From positions 12,815-76,814 of the forward strand of contig JAAZOM010000006.1 in the NCBI GenBank assembly GCA_012797775.1: DNA of 64,000 nucleotides. The letters run 5' to 3'. Shown piece by piece: positions 35,703 to 44,342 of the stretch; the first letter of the stretch is position 1; each line of letters begins with the position of its first letter. The notes under the pieces are model-generated. The model saw only the letters and a list, made by a program, of their open reading frames with translations, made no database searches and was not told the origin of the DNA. The DNA comes from Candidatus Kuenenbacteria bacterium (GTDB taxonomy: Bacteria; Patescibacteriota; Patescibacteriia; UBA2196; GWA2-42-15). Made by a program: the position numbers and the translations under genes.

Positions 35703-35999
35703 TTATAAATCCAGACACCCTCGCAATTGTCTATTATTTTGTAGGCTTGTCACCACTGATTCATGCGCCCGAAAAGTAGAAATTTGGAAAGTGGCATCAG
35801 CCTCTTCTATCCGTTCTTTGGCTGCCATCAAGCAGGCGATGTCTGCTTCAAAAAGCAACTCAGCCTCTGGCAGATCAATAATTATTCTTTGAGAGCCGTC
35901 ATCTATTGCCGCCTCTATAGCCTCAGTCATTCTTTGATAGTCACCGCTCACCTCCAGCATAATCTGGGAGGCATCATCTCCAAAAGGCAGTAATTTCAT
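35703..35999 (-). CDS. STAS-domain protein (anti-sigma-factor-antagonist-like). Paralog 2.
   Basis: QRIIIDLPEAELLFEADIACLMAAKERIEEADATFQIS follows the STAS pattern. Confidence 0.5.
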   Translation of the reverse strand: MKLLPFGDDASQIMLEVSGDYQRMTEAIEAAIDDGSQRIIIDLPEAELLFEADIACLMAAKERIEEADATFQISTFRAHESVVTSLQNNRQLRGCLDL

Positions 36000-36123
36000 A
36001 TTTTATCCTTCCTATATTTATTTTATTTTTCTGGTTTTTTATTTTTATTAAAACTACTCTTTTCCTTCTTTTTTGTCAAATAAAAAAACCGGCGAAGAGA
36101 AACTCTCCGCCGGTTCGATTGTC

Positions 36124-36414
36124 TTAGCTCAACAGGCCGGCCGCATCAAGGGCTTCAAGCATCCCTTCTCCATCGCCGTTGGCCCCGTTGACTCCGCTAA
36201 GATCAAAACGGGCGCCAGCTTTCCTGACAGCATCTCGAGCCGCCAAAAGGGCCCTGATGACTTCATCATCTACCCTCCGGAAGTACCCAATGTCCAGCAA
36301 GACGGTCTTTGTCTTTTTGGTCATCATTCCGGTGACGGCCACCGGCAAGTTGCCGATGTCCTCGCTGTCTATACGAAGACCAAGGTTAATTCTATCTTGA
36401 GAAAATTGTTGCAT
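36124..36414 (-). CDS. STAS-domain protein (anti-sigma-factor-antagonist-like). Paralog 3.
   Basis: TVLLDIGYFRRVDDEVIRALLAARDAVRKAGARFDLSGVNG follows the STAS pattern. Confidence 0.5.
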   Translation of the reverse strand: MQQFSQDRINLGLRIDSEDIGNLPVAVTGMMTKKTKTVLLDIGYFRRVDDEVIRALLAARDAVRKAGARFDLSGVNGANGDGEGMLEALDAAGLLS

Positions 36415-36432
36415 CGTAAATCCTCCTAAATT

Positions 36433-37977
36433 TTATGTTGCGTTTTTTCTTCCAAACAAATATTTTTTGTAATTTTCACTCTGCCTCCAGACTGGTGCCA
36501 AAATTCTTGGATGCACTGCTCTGGGGCCATTTTGGATCGTATCAGCTATTTCCTCCACTGTGTATTGCCCATAGACATAGGCATTTAAAAGCGTTGGCCA
36601 ACTGATTTTCGATCCCCACACCTTACCACTGCCAATGAGTTTTGTCAAGGTAGTTTTCAATTCTTGTGCCTTCTTTTTCTCTATCTCCAAAGGCAATTTC
36701 AACTGCCCATAATTTTTATCTCTTTCTCCGATTTTAAAGCGATAATATTTCAAGGTATTCTTATTGCCAGACTGGTCGAGCATCAGCCCTAGATTATTAA
36801 AAACAACCAAATCACCCCTATTAATTATGGTTATTTTTGGGCTGACTGTTTCTGTCGGTATATTTATCATTCTCTCCTGAAAAAGAAATTTCATATCACC
36901 AAAATAATTATCCGCTAGCAAAAGCTCGGCCATATTGGAAAAAGAAATATCATCATGATAGCGCGGCTCACGCCCACTGACTGTGGCGTGATATTCCAGT
37001 CTGTCTGGATGATCTCGGTCTGAAAAAAATCTGTCGCCCCAAGCATAATTTAAATAAGTAGAAAAATCGGCATAGCCAAAACGATAATTCAAGATTCCCG
37101 CTCCCAGATAAAACTGTGCCCCCAGCCCCACTGGCCGGATTCCAATGCTTGCCTCCACCATCCCATTTTTGAAAGTTATCGCCCGGAGGTTTTCTGCCAT
37201 TTTTTTACTTAAGTTCAAAATCTGCTGATCGCTCGTCAAGTCTCCATAAATCATGAGCGCTGTGGCTGTCACCAGATGATAGTGGGGGTTGAAGGCCATT
37301 GGCTTGCCCTCTTCATACCAGCCACTATTTATGTCCTCTTTTATCACTTTCTCGATTTTGTTTTTTATTAATTTATCAAAATATTGTTTTCTGTCTGCTG
37401 TTAGAAAAGTCTTTGCATAAAAATTATTCACCACGGCCTGCCAGTATACTGCCGACAGCGCCGCCCGGTTGGAAGTATCATCGGCCAAAATTCCCGCTTC
37501 TATTCTTTCATAAACCGTTTGATAAAGTTGACTTTTTTCTTCAGTGGTCAAAATATCTGGCAACTGGTCAGCTAGTCGTACCAGAGCAAAGGCGGCAAAG
37601 GCCTCAGAAAAAGACTGGCTTTGAACCAAGCGGTTGGCCAGAGCCACCCGGCAGCCAAGCATGCTTTGGCGCAATTTTTCTCTGGCTATATTATCACCAG
37701 CCAAAGCGCGGTATTTATAATAAAGTCCCAGGCTGATTATTTCTCTGGGTTCGCCCGGCGTGGTAAATTCTGGCGCGCCATAGTCTGGGGCCTGGTAAAC
37801 AAAACCAAAATTGTCCAAGTGTCGGCTATAGCGATTATAAAAATAGGACAGATATTTTTCCAAAGACAAATCATTTTCTGCCGCCTTGGTTTTTGGTGTG
37901 CTAATAAAAAAATTACCAGCGACGATTAGGGCTAGTAAGGTTATAATAGAGGTAGTGTGCAAATACTTGGATAACAT
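36433..37977 (-). CDS. Hypothetical secreted protein, 514 aa.
   Basis: N-terminal signal/TM segment. No recognisable motifs. Confidence 0.5.
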   Translation of the reverse strand: MLSKYLHTTSIITLLALIVAGNFFISTPKTKAAENDLSLEKYLSYFYNRYSRHLDNFGFVYQAPDYGAPEFTTPGEPREIISLGLYYKYRALAGDNIAREKLRQSMLGCRVALANRLVQSQSFSEAFAAFALVRLADQLPDILTTEEKSQLYQTVYERIEAGILADDTSNRAALSAVYWQAVVNNFYAKTFLTADRKQYFDKLIKNKIEKVIKEDINSGWYEEGKPMAFNPHYHLVTATALMIYGDLTSDQQILNLSKKMAENLRAITFKNGMVEASIGIRPVGLGAQFYLGAGILNYRFGYADFSTYLNYAWGDRFFSDRDHPDRLEYHATVSGREPRYHDDISFSNMAELLLADNYFGDMKFLFQERMINIPTETVSPKITIINRGDLVVFNNLGLMLDQSGNKNTLKYYRFKIGERDKNYGQLKLPLEIEKKKAQELKTTLTKLIGSGKVWGSKISWPTLLNAYVYGQYTVEEIADTIQNGPRAVHPRILAPVWRQSENYKKYLFGRKNAT

Positions 37978-38041
37978 AATTTTATTCTAACAAATGATGA
38001 GAAATAAAAAAAGCCCCAGGCGTAGCGCCAAGGGCTTATCG

Positions 38042-38137
38042 TCAGGGGATACAGTAGAGGCTGACACAAATTGCCAAAATTCCATAGGCAATAATTATTA
38101 CCAAACCCACAACGGTTCCCCAATTATACTTTTTCAC
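38042..38137 (-). CDS. Small membrane peptide (31 aa, GTG start).
   Basis: AGGAGG ribosome-binding site 4 nt before GTG. MKKYNWGTVVGLVIIIAYGILAICVSLYCIP. Confidence 0.3.
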   Translation of the reverse strand: MKKYNWGTVVGLVIIIAYGILAICVSLYCIP

Positions 38138-38151
38138 TGTGCCTCCTTATT

Positions 38152-38268
38152 TTATATTGACCCGAGCCACAGCATTGCTCCGCCAACGACAATTGCTAAT
38201 AATGCCGCCAGCAGGAGAATCTCCCCAAAATCGAGCTGCAATAGTTTATCAAAAAATTTTTCTATCAT
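38152..38268 (-). CDS. Small membrane peptide (38 aa).
   Basis: AAGGAGGTGGG ribosome-binding site before the ATG. MIEKFFDKLLQLDFGEILLLAALLAIVVGGAMLWLGSI. Lies directly downstream of trxB. Confidence 0.45.
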   Translation of the reverse strand: MIEKFFDKLLQLDFGEILLLAALLAIVVGGAMLWLGSI

Positions 38269-38360
38269 GCCCACCTCCTTTTTGTTGTTTATTTTTCTCC
38301 TTACTATATATTAAAAGCAAAATAAAAACAAGGGCCATGAGCCCCTGTCTTTAAATTAAG

Positions 38361-39278
38361 CTATTTTTTCAGGATATATTCATAGGCCGAGAGTGCCGCC
38401 TTTACTCCATCGCCAGCCGAGATATTATTTTGCTTATAGGCCTCATCCGTCACATCACCGGCCGCAAAAATACCAGGCATGGAGGTGGCTGAAGTCCGGT
38501 GATCCAAAACTATTTCTCCGCCGCTATTCAATTCCACCAGATCTTTGACCAAATCCGAATTAGGGACTGCGCCTATTTCTACAAATACACCTTGAACAGC
38601 CAGGGTTTTTCCTTCACCCGTCAGTCGGTCTTTGTATTTTAGGCCATTGACCAACTGTTCGCCAGTGATTTCTGTTGTCTCGGCATTATAAATCACACCT
38701 TTAAAATTTTCAGCACTTTGGATTTTTTCCAGGGTGCTCGGATCGCCTTTTATCTTGTCAGAATAATTTAAAAGATAAACCTCGCTGACATAAGGCAACA
38801 AATCTTGGACTGCCTCGAGTCCGGAATTCCCGCCGCCCACCACCGCCACTACCTTGCCGCGAAACATCGGCGCATCGCAGGTAGAACAATAAGCCACGCC
38901 CTTGCCGTCAAATTCCGCTTCGCCCAAAACATTCAATTTTCTATGCCTAGCGCCTGAGCAGACTATGACCGTTCTGGTTTCATAGGAGCTGGTATTGGTC
39001 GTGACCCGAAAGCCATTAGTGATCTTTTCTACCAGTTGAGCCCTCTCACCCTCTTTTATTTCTATTCCTTCTTGCGCTTTTAGGTGCTCTTCCAGATCTT
39101 TGGCCAATTGTATTCCGGCAATAGATTTGTGTCCGATCCAATTGCCAATGTCATCAGATACCACTGACTGACCGCCAAAACCCTCGGTTATAAATAAAGC
39201 TTTCATTTTTTTTCTGGCCGCATAGACTCCGGCCGAGACTCCGGCTGGTCCGCCGCCAATGATGATTGTATCATACAT
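38361..39278 (-). CDS. trxB: Thioredoxin-disulfide reductase.
   Basis: GGGPAG FAD-binding site. CSTC redox-active disulfide where CATC is the more usual form. GGGNSG NAD(P)H-binding site. Confidence 0.85.
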   Translation of the reverse strand: MYDTIIIGGGPAGVSAGVYAARKKMKALFITEGFGGQSVVSDDIGNWIGHKSIAGIQLAKDLEEHLKAQEGIEIKEGERAQLVEKITNGFRVTTNTSSYETRTVIVCSGARHRKLNVLGEAEFDGKGVAYCSTCDAPMFRGKVVAVVGGGNSGLEAVQDLLPYVSEVYLLNYSDKIKGDPSTLEKIQSAENFKGVIYNAETTEITGEQLVNGLKYKDRLTGEGKTLAVQGVFVEIGAVPNSDLVKDLVELNSGGEIVLDHRTSATSMPGIFAAGDVTDEAYKQNNISAGDGVKAALSAYEYILKK

Positions 39279-39397
39279 AAAATTATAAAGCTTAATTAGA
39301 GTATCTTTATCATATAACGCTTTATCTTTTTTTTCAAGAAAAAACGCCGGCTCTTTTTTGCTAAAGAGTCCAGCGTTCAGGTAGGGCTAGGGAAGAC

Positions 39398-39682
39398 CTA
39401 TCTCGGTACTGTCCCTCGCCCACTGCACTTTTTGCAGGGGCCGACAGGGCGCTCAGCATCGTCCGGCCAGTCTGAACCCCCGCCGCCACAATCAGGGCAG
39501 TCGCTAAGCTCCGTCCCATCGGGCCAGGGCGGGACATCAAGCTTCCCGTCCCCACCACAGACGGTGCATTTCTCGTCGCCCCACATTCCGTCACCCGAGC
39601 AGGTGACACAACTGGCCTGCTTACAGCCGGCTACAAAAGCAACCAGCAGCAAGGCCACGAAGACAACCATTAATTTTTTCAC
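39398..39682 (-). CDS. Lipoprotein with four CxxCxGxG (DnaJ CR-type zinc-finger-like) repeats.
   Basis: GTG start with an AGGAGG ribosome-binding site. Lipobox LVAFVAGC. Repeats CVTCSGDG, CTVCGGDG, CPDCGGGG and CKKCSGRG. Coding sequence is about 62 percent GC. Confidence 0.55.
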   Translation of the reverse strand: MKKLMVVFVALLLVAFVAGCKQASCVTCSGDGMWGDEKCTVCGGDGKLDVPPWPDGTELSDCPDCGGGGSDWPDDAERPVGPCKKCSGRGTVPR

Positions 39683-39860
39683 TAAATCCTCCTGTTGTTT
39701 TGGTTTTTAGGATTCGTGAAAAGTTACCATATTTTTATCTCTTTGTCAATCATTACCCAAAATAATAAAAACAAGCCGACCACTATAATGATTTTTTTTC
39801 AAGAAAAAACAACCGCTGGTTTATCAGCAGTTGTTTTTTTGAACTTCTATCTGAAGAAGT

Positions 39861-40115
39861 TTATTGCCCTATGCGATTTCTATTCATCTGGCAGCCACCG
39901 CCACACTGGCAGGTTTTGCCTTCTTTTCCGCAATTGCCCCCGCAAGCAGAGTTTGCTCCGCAACCACAGGTAGCAGCTTGCACCACATTAGCATTATTGG
40001 CGCCGACTTGGACGCCCGCTGGGGCTGAATTTTGGCTGGCCGCGCTGGCAACGCTAAAGATCACCACTGCCATTACCAGAGCTATAAAGCCTCCCAAAAA
40101 CCAAAGTTTATTCAT
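39861..40115 (-). CDS. Secreted Cys-rich peptide (84 aa precursor).
   Basis: Signal peptide followed by TCGCGANSACGGNCGKEGKTCQCGGGC. A terminator lies downstream. Confidence 0.5.
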   Translation of the reverse strand: MNKLWFLGGFIALVMAVVIFSVASAASQNSAPAGVQVGANNANVVQAATCGCGANSACGGNCGKEGKTCQCGGGCQMNRNRIGQ

Positions 40116-40182
40116 ATGCTAGGTTTATTAGTTTTTAATTGGGCCCTCTATACACTAATACGCACTTCGCCTAGCTTTTATT

Positions 40183-40917
40183 TCAATGTTGGCAATTGCC
40201 ATCGCAATTTTTGGGTTTTAGGCAGCCGCCACAGCCACACCAAGGGCGGATTTCCTCGGCCGTAAACTGGTTTTCTAGGGTTATATCGCCGATAATTTTT
40301 ATACGTTCGCCAATTTTTAAAATTGCATCGTTTTGTACATTGGCGGTGAGTGCGTTGATCTGCCAGTGATCTCCACTCAAATCCTGCAAGATAAAGCCAT
40401 TTTTGGTGATCGCCACTATTTCTCCGGCCAAAAGACCCTGGTCAGTCTTTTGCCACAGTCGGTGCTCATAATTCAGCTGAGCATAGCCAGGCAATTTTTC
40501 GTTAAAAATATTATTTAATTTGTAGCCAAGCCCAAAATTATAAATCAAAATCCCCAAAATTACCGTTGCCAACAAATAAAAAATTATCAGTCTGGCCAGG
40601 GGCAGGCGATAGCCAAATTTGGTATTTTTATAATTATAATAACCCAACCCAACAAAAACCACTAAAGCTGCCAGCCAGAAATATGGCAAGGTTAGGAGTA
40701 AGATTTTTCCAAAGTTCATTTCAATCCGTTGGTAGATGTCCCATTCCTGATTGGCCAAAATAAATATTGATATCCCGACCGCGAGCGCACCAAAAATTAT
40801 TGACAACCCAAACAAAAACCAAAGCAATAAATTTTTTGCCCGAAGATTTGATTTCGGCGTTGGTTTTAGCCCTTGATCTTTTATAGTTTCTAATATTTTA
40901 TCACTTATTTGGCTCAT
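40183..40917 (-). CDS. Membrane protein, putative anti-sigma factor, with a Cys-rich C-terminus.
   Basis: Overlaps the ECF sigma gene by 17 nt. Has about four TM helices. The C-terminus WCGCGGCLKPKNCDGNCQH shares the CGCGG..C.GNC motif with the 39861-40115 peptide. Confidence 0.5.
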   Translation of the reverse strand: MSQISDKILETIKDQGLKPTPKSNLRAKNLLLWFLFGLSIIFGALAVGISIFILANQEWDIYQRIEMNFGKILLLTLPYFWLAALVVFVGLGYYNYKNTKFGYRLPLARLIIFYLLATVILGILIYNFGLGYKLNNIFNEKLPGYAQLNYEHRLWQKTDQGLLAGEIVAITKNGFILQDLSGDHWQINALTANVQNDAILKIGERIKIIGDITLENQFTAEEIRPWCGCGGCLKPKNCDGNCQH

Positions 40918-41491
40918 AGTATTCAGGATTAATTTTAATAAACTCTTCTTTAAATTTTCTTCTAGCCCTGGCGATCAGCGTCCCGACGGTACTAACCGGC
41001 AAACGCAGAATGTCGGAAATTTCTCGATAGTCCAGCTCTTCCACAAAGCGCAAAATAAAAATTTCTCGATATTTTTCTCCCAGCCGGCTGATTATTTTTT
41101 CCAACATCGCCCGGTCATATTTGGTATTTATTTCTTTATTCAGATCAGTATCAGCCGTTATCTTTTGCCATTCCTCGTCATCGAGTATTATCTGTGGCCG
41201 CGCTTGTCTTTTGCGCAGTTCACTCACTGTTTCATTGTGGGCGATCCGGTAAGCCCAAGAAGAAAATTTTAGCTTATCATCAAAATCATTAAGGTTATAA
41301 AAAATTTTTATAAAAACCTCCTGCAAAACATCTTCGGCGTCCTCTTGACCGAGACCTGATATTCTCCGAACATAAACCAACAGCTGTCTTTCATAGCGTT
41401 TTATTAGACAAGCAAAATAATCGGCGCTCTTGAGAGACAGAGCGACGAGTTCATTATCCGAGAGCTGTATACAGCTTTCCTGAGTGACCAT
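40901..41491 (-). CDS. ECF-type RNA polymerase sigma-70 factor.
   Basis: Region 2 (EDVLQEVFIKIFYNLNDF...SWAYRIAHNE) and region 4 (DYREISDILRLPVSTVGTLIARARRKFKE). Confidence 0.8.
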   Translation of the reverse strand: MVTQESCIQLSDNELVALSLKSADYFACLIKRYERQLLVYVRRISGLGQEDAEDVLQEVFIKIFYNLNDFDDKLKFSSWAYRIAHNETVSELRKRQARPQIILDDEEWQKITADTDLNKEINTKYDRAMLEKIISRLGEKYREIFILRFVEELDYREISDILRLPVSTVGTLIARARRKFKEEFIKINPEYYEPNK

Positions 41492-41600
41492 ATTAATTAT
41501 AATACGTGTTAGGCCTTAATTTTATTTCAGGTTGCTTTATCATAACATAAATTTTTGTTTCCAAAAATCCCGCCCTGAGGCGGGATAATTTTTTGGATTA

Positions 41601-41671
41601 TCGGGGCGCGGGGAATTGAACCCCGGCTACAAGACCCCCAGCCTTGCGTACTACCGTTATACGACGCCCCG
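41601..41671 (-). tRNA. tRNA-Pro (anticodon GGG), with no encoded CCA.
   Basis: Manual fold: CGGGGCG/CGCCCCG acceptor stem, CAAGG-CTGGGGG-TCTTG anticodon arm, CGGGG-TTCAATT-CCCCG T arm. Total 71 nt. Confidence 0.7.
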
Positions 41672-41926
41672 GTAAAAAATTAATTTAAAAGCCCCAAAGC
41701 AACCATTCCTCAATCTAGTTCCTATTGGGAAACCGGTACGCTCCAAACTGTTAAGGCCAGCGGAGAATATCACTCATAGGGAACAAAACAATAATATCAT
41801 TTTGTCCTTAAAGGGAAATCTGCCCGGTGAACCGCAATCCCGAAACTTTTCGGGAAATACGAGTTGCCAAAAGAACTGATTGTCGAACATAGAAAAAGGA
41901 AATCAAGTGCGCTCTGGGGCAAGGGT

Positions 41927-41955
41927 ATTATAACATCAAAAAAACAAGAAATCAA
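41927..41955 (-). promoter_or_regulatory. Sigma70 promoter TTGATT-17-TATAAT on the minus strand.
   Basis: The reverse complement reads TTGATTTCTTGTTTTTTTGATGTTATAAT. It would yield a roughly 245-nt leader ahead of tRNA-Pro. Confidence 0.5.
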
Positions 41956-42086
41956 CAATGAACAAAAGCACAAAATCCCAAATCCAAAATCCAAAATAAA
42001 TCACAATTCTCAATAAGCAATACCCAAGTCAATCTATGTTTTGGAATTTGTGATTTGAAATTTATTTTGAGCTTGGAACTTGGAAT

Positions 42087-42533
42087 TTAATTATCAATCA
42101 ACCTTTGTTTCCGCCGTTCAAATTCCTTTTTCTTTATACTTTCCCGCTTGTCAAATTTCTTTTTGCCCCGCCCCACTCCGATTTCTAGTTTGATCAGCCC
42201 GCCCTTCAAATAAACCTTCAAAGGCACAATCGTGATGCCCGGCTCGCGTGATTTGCCAAAAAGATATTTCAACTGTTTTTTATGCAAGAGCAATGACCGG
42301 TTTTGATATGGATCATAGTCTTTTTGGTATATTGCCGCTGGCTTGTAAGGAGCGACATGCGCCTTTATCAGAAAAGCACTACTCGTACCATCGAGACCAA
42401 CGTATGATCCCTTAAGATTAATTTGTCCTTTTTTTATAGATTTTGCCTCTGGTCCAGACAACGCCAAGCCAGCCTCAAGCGTCTCGAGGATCTCATAATC
42501 AAAATATGCTTTTTTATTATCAGCAATAGACAT
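42087..42533 (-). CDS. smpB: SsrA-binding protein SmpB.
   Basis: NKKAYFDYEILETLEAGLALSGPEAKSIKKGQINL, and later ...LLLHKKQLKYLFGKS, followed by a basic C-terminal tail. Confidence 0.88.
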   Translation of the reverse strand: MSIADNKKAYFDYEILETLEAGLALSGPEAKSIKKGQINLKGSYVGLDGTSSAFLIKAHVAPYKPAAIYQKDYDPYQNRSLLLHKKQLKYLFGKSREPGITIVPLKVYLKGGLIKLEIGVGRGKKKFDKRESIKKKEFERRKQRLIDN

Positions 42534-42591
42534 ACACCCTTTTATTATACCAAACTTTACTATATAATAAATTCAGAATTAAGTTTCAGCT

Positions 42592-44304
42592 ATGACTATC
42601 AAAGATACCCTAAAAAAGCAAATTAATCAAGCTGTTTCCAAACAATATCGCCTAGTCGGCCTTGGTTTCAACGTTGATTATCCTCCCTCCGTTGAGCTCG
42701 GCGATTATTCCACCAACGTTGCGCTGATGCTTGGCCACCAATTTAAAAAGAATCCTCTTGATATTGCAGCAGGGCTGGCCAAAGAATTATCTACTCATAA
42801 AATGTGGCGGCTGGTTTCCGTTGCTCCGCCAGGCTTTATCAATTTTTATTTGGATAATCATTGGGCCGCCAGGCAGCTATCTGTTGTTGCCAGAGAGGGG
42901 ACCAAATATGGCAGTAGTCGTCTTGGCCGGAACCAGACAGTAGTCATTGATTATTCCTCCCCAAATATTGCCAAAAAAATGCACGTCGGCCACCTACGCT
43001 CTACCGTCATTGGCGCCGCTATTTGTAATTTATATAAATTTCTCGGCTACAAAGTCATCAGCGACAACCATCTCGGTGATTGGGGCACGCAGTTTGGCAA
43101 GTTGATCTATGAATACAAGCAGATCTATGGCCACAAAATCAAGAAAAATATTACCGTCGAAGAGATGGAGTCTCTTTATTTGGGTTTTCACCAAAAAGCC
43201 AAAGAAAATCCTGTGTTAGAAGAGGAGGCCAGAAAGGAACTCAAAAAACTTCAGGACAAAGAAAGGTTCAATTATCAGCTCTGGCAGCTTTTTTATCAGG
43301 TGAGCCTCAAAGAATTTAGAAAAGTTTATAATTTGCTCGGAGTTAAATTTAATTATTGGCACGGCGAAAGCTTTTACCACCCCATGCTTGCCGCCATTGT
43401 TGATGAATTGTTGAGAAAGGGTGTCGCTCAAAAAAGTGAGGGGGCAATTATTATAAATTTGTCTGACCTTGGCCTGCCGCCCCTAATGATCCAAAAATCA
43501 GACAGTGCTTATCTCTATGGCACTTCGGATTTGGCTACTATCAAATATCGCCGCTCTCATTTTCACCCCGTCAAGAACATTTATGTTGTCGCCAACCAGC
43601 AAGCCCTTCATTTTGAACAGTTGTTCAAGGCGAGCTCCCTCGCTGGCTATCACGACAAAGAAGATATGGTACACGTAAAATTTGGCTTGATCCTCGGCGC
43701 CAACGGCAAAAAAATGTCTACCAGAGAAGGCGAAGTAGCCGACCTTATAAAGATGATCGAAGAGGGGATCTCTAAGGCGAGAAAAATTATTAAAGAAAAA
43801 AATAAAAAACTCTCCGGCCGGAAGTTGGATCAGATAGCCAAACAAATCGCTCTTGGTGCTATCAAATACAATGATCTTTCCCAAAACCGTCTAACAGACA
43901 TTGTTTTTGATTGGAACAAAATGTTGAACTTTGAATCTGGCTCTGCTCCTTACTTGCAATATACTTATGTTCGCATACAAAGTATTTTCAAAAAAGCCCC
44001 GCGTTCAAAAAATAAAAAAATAGATTATAAAATACTTATTGAACTCTCGGAGACTCAGCTCATAAGAGATATTATAAAATTTCCCGAAGTCATAGAGTCT
44101 GCCGCTTTGGAGTATAAGCCAAATGTCGTTGCCCTTTATCTCACCGAACTTTCCGGAGACTTTCATTCTTTTTATGAAAAGATAGCAGTTCTCTCGGCCG
44201 ATAAAAAATTACAGCAGGCCAGACTCGCCCTCCTTCGGGCGGTTTCTGTTGTTATGAAAAATGGGCTGGCCCTACTCGGCATAGAGGCGCCCGAACAGAT
44301 GTAG
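42592..44304 (+). CDS. argS: Arginyl-tRNA synthetase.
   Basis: Class I HVGH motif (NIAKKMHVGHLRSTVIG) and the KMSTR region (GKKMSTREG). Length 570 aa. Confidence 0.9.
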   Translation: MTIKDTLKKQINQAVSKQYRLVGLGFNVDYPPSVELGDYSTNVALMLGHQFKKNPLDIAAGLAKELSTHKMWRLVSVAPPGFINFYLDNHWAARQLSVVAREGTKYGSSRLGRNQTVVIDYSSPNIAKKMHVGHLRSTVIGAAICNLYKFLGYKVISDNHLGDWGTQFGKLIYEYKQIYGHKIKKNITVEEMESLYLGFHQKAKENPVLEEEARKELKKLQDKERFNYQLWQLFYQVSLKEFRKVYNLLGVKFNYWHGESFYHPMLAAIVDELLRKGVAQKSEGAIIINLSDLGLPPLMIQKSDSAYLYGTSDLATIKYRRSHFHPVKNIYVVANQQALHFEQLFKASSLAGYHDKEDMVHVKFGLILGANGKKMSTREGEVADLIKMIEEGISKARKIIKEKNKKLSGRKLDQIAKQIALGAIKYNDLSQNRLTDIVFDWNKMLNFESGSAPYLQYTYVRIQSIFKKAPRSKNKKIDYKILIELSETQLIRDIIKFPEVIESAALEYKPNVVALYLTELSGDFHSFYEKIAVLSADKKLQQARLALLRAVSVVMKNGLALLGIEAPEQM

Positions 44305-44342
44305 CTATTATCAACACAAAAATAAAATGTTATTATAAAATC

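Noticed and set aside
41797-41994. 65-aa minus-strand ORF in the smpB to tRNA-Pro spacer.
   Set aside because: It lies upstream of the promoter mapped at 41927-41955 and within the CAAAAT repeat region. It has no ribosome-binding site and is probably spurious.
41680-42086. tmRNA (ssrA) expected next to smpB.
   Set aside because: No GGGG 5' end, no tRNA-Ala-like acceptor and T arm with CCA, and no tag-peptide reading frame ending in ..AA-stop on either strand.
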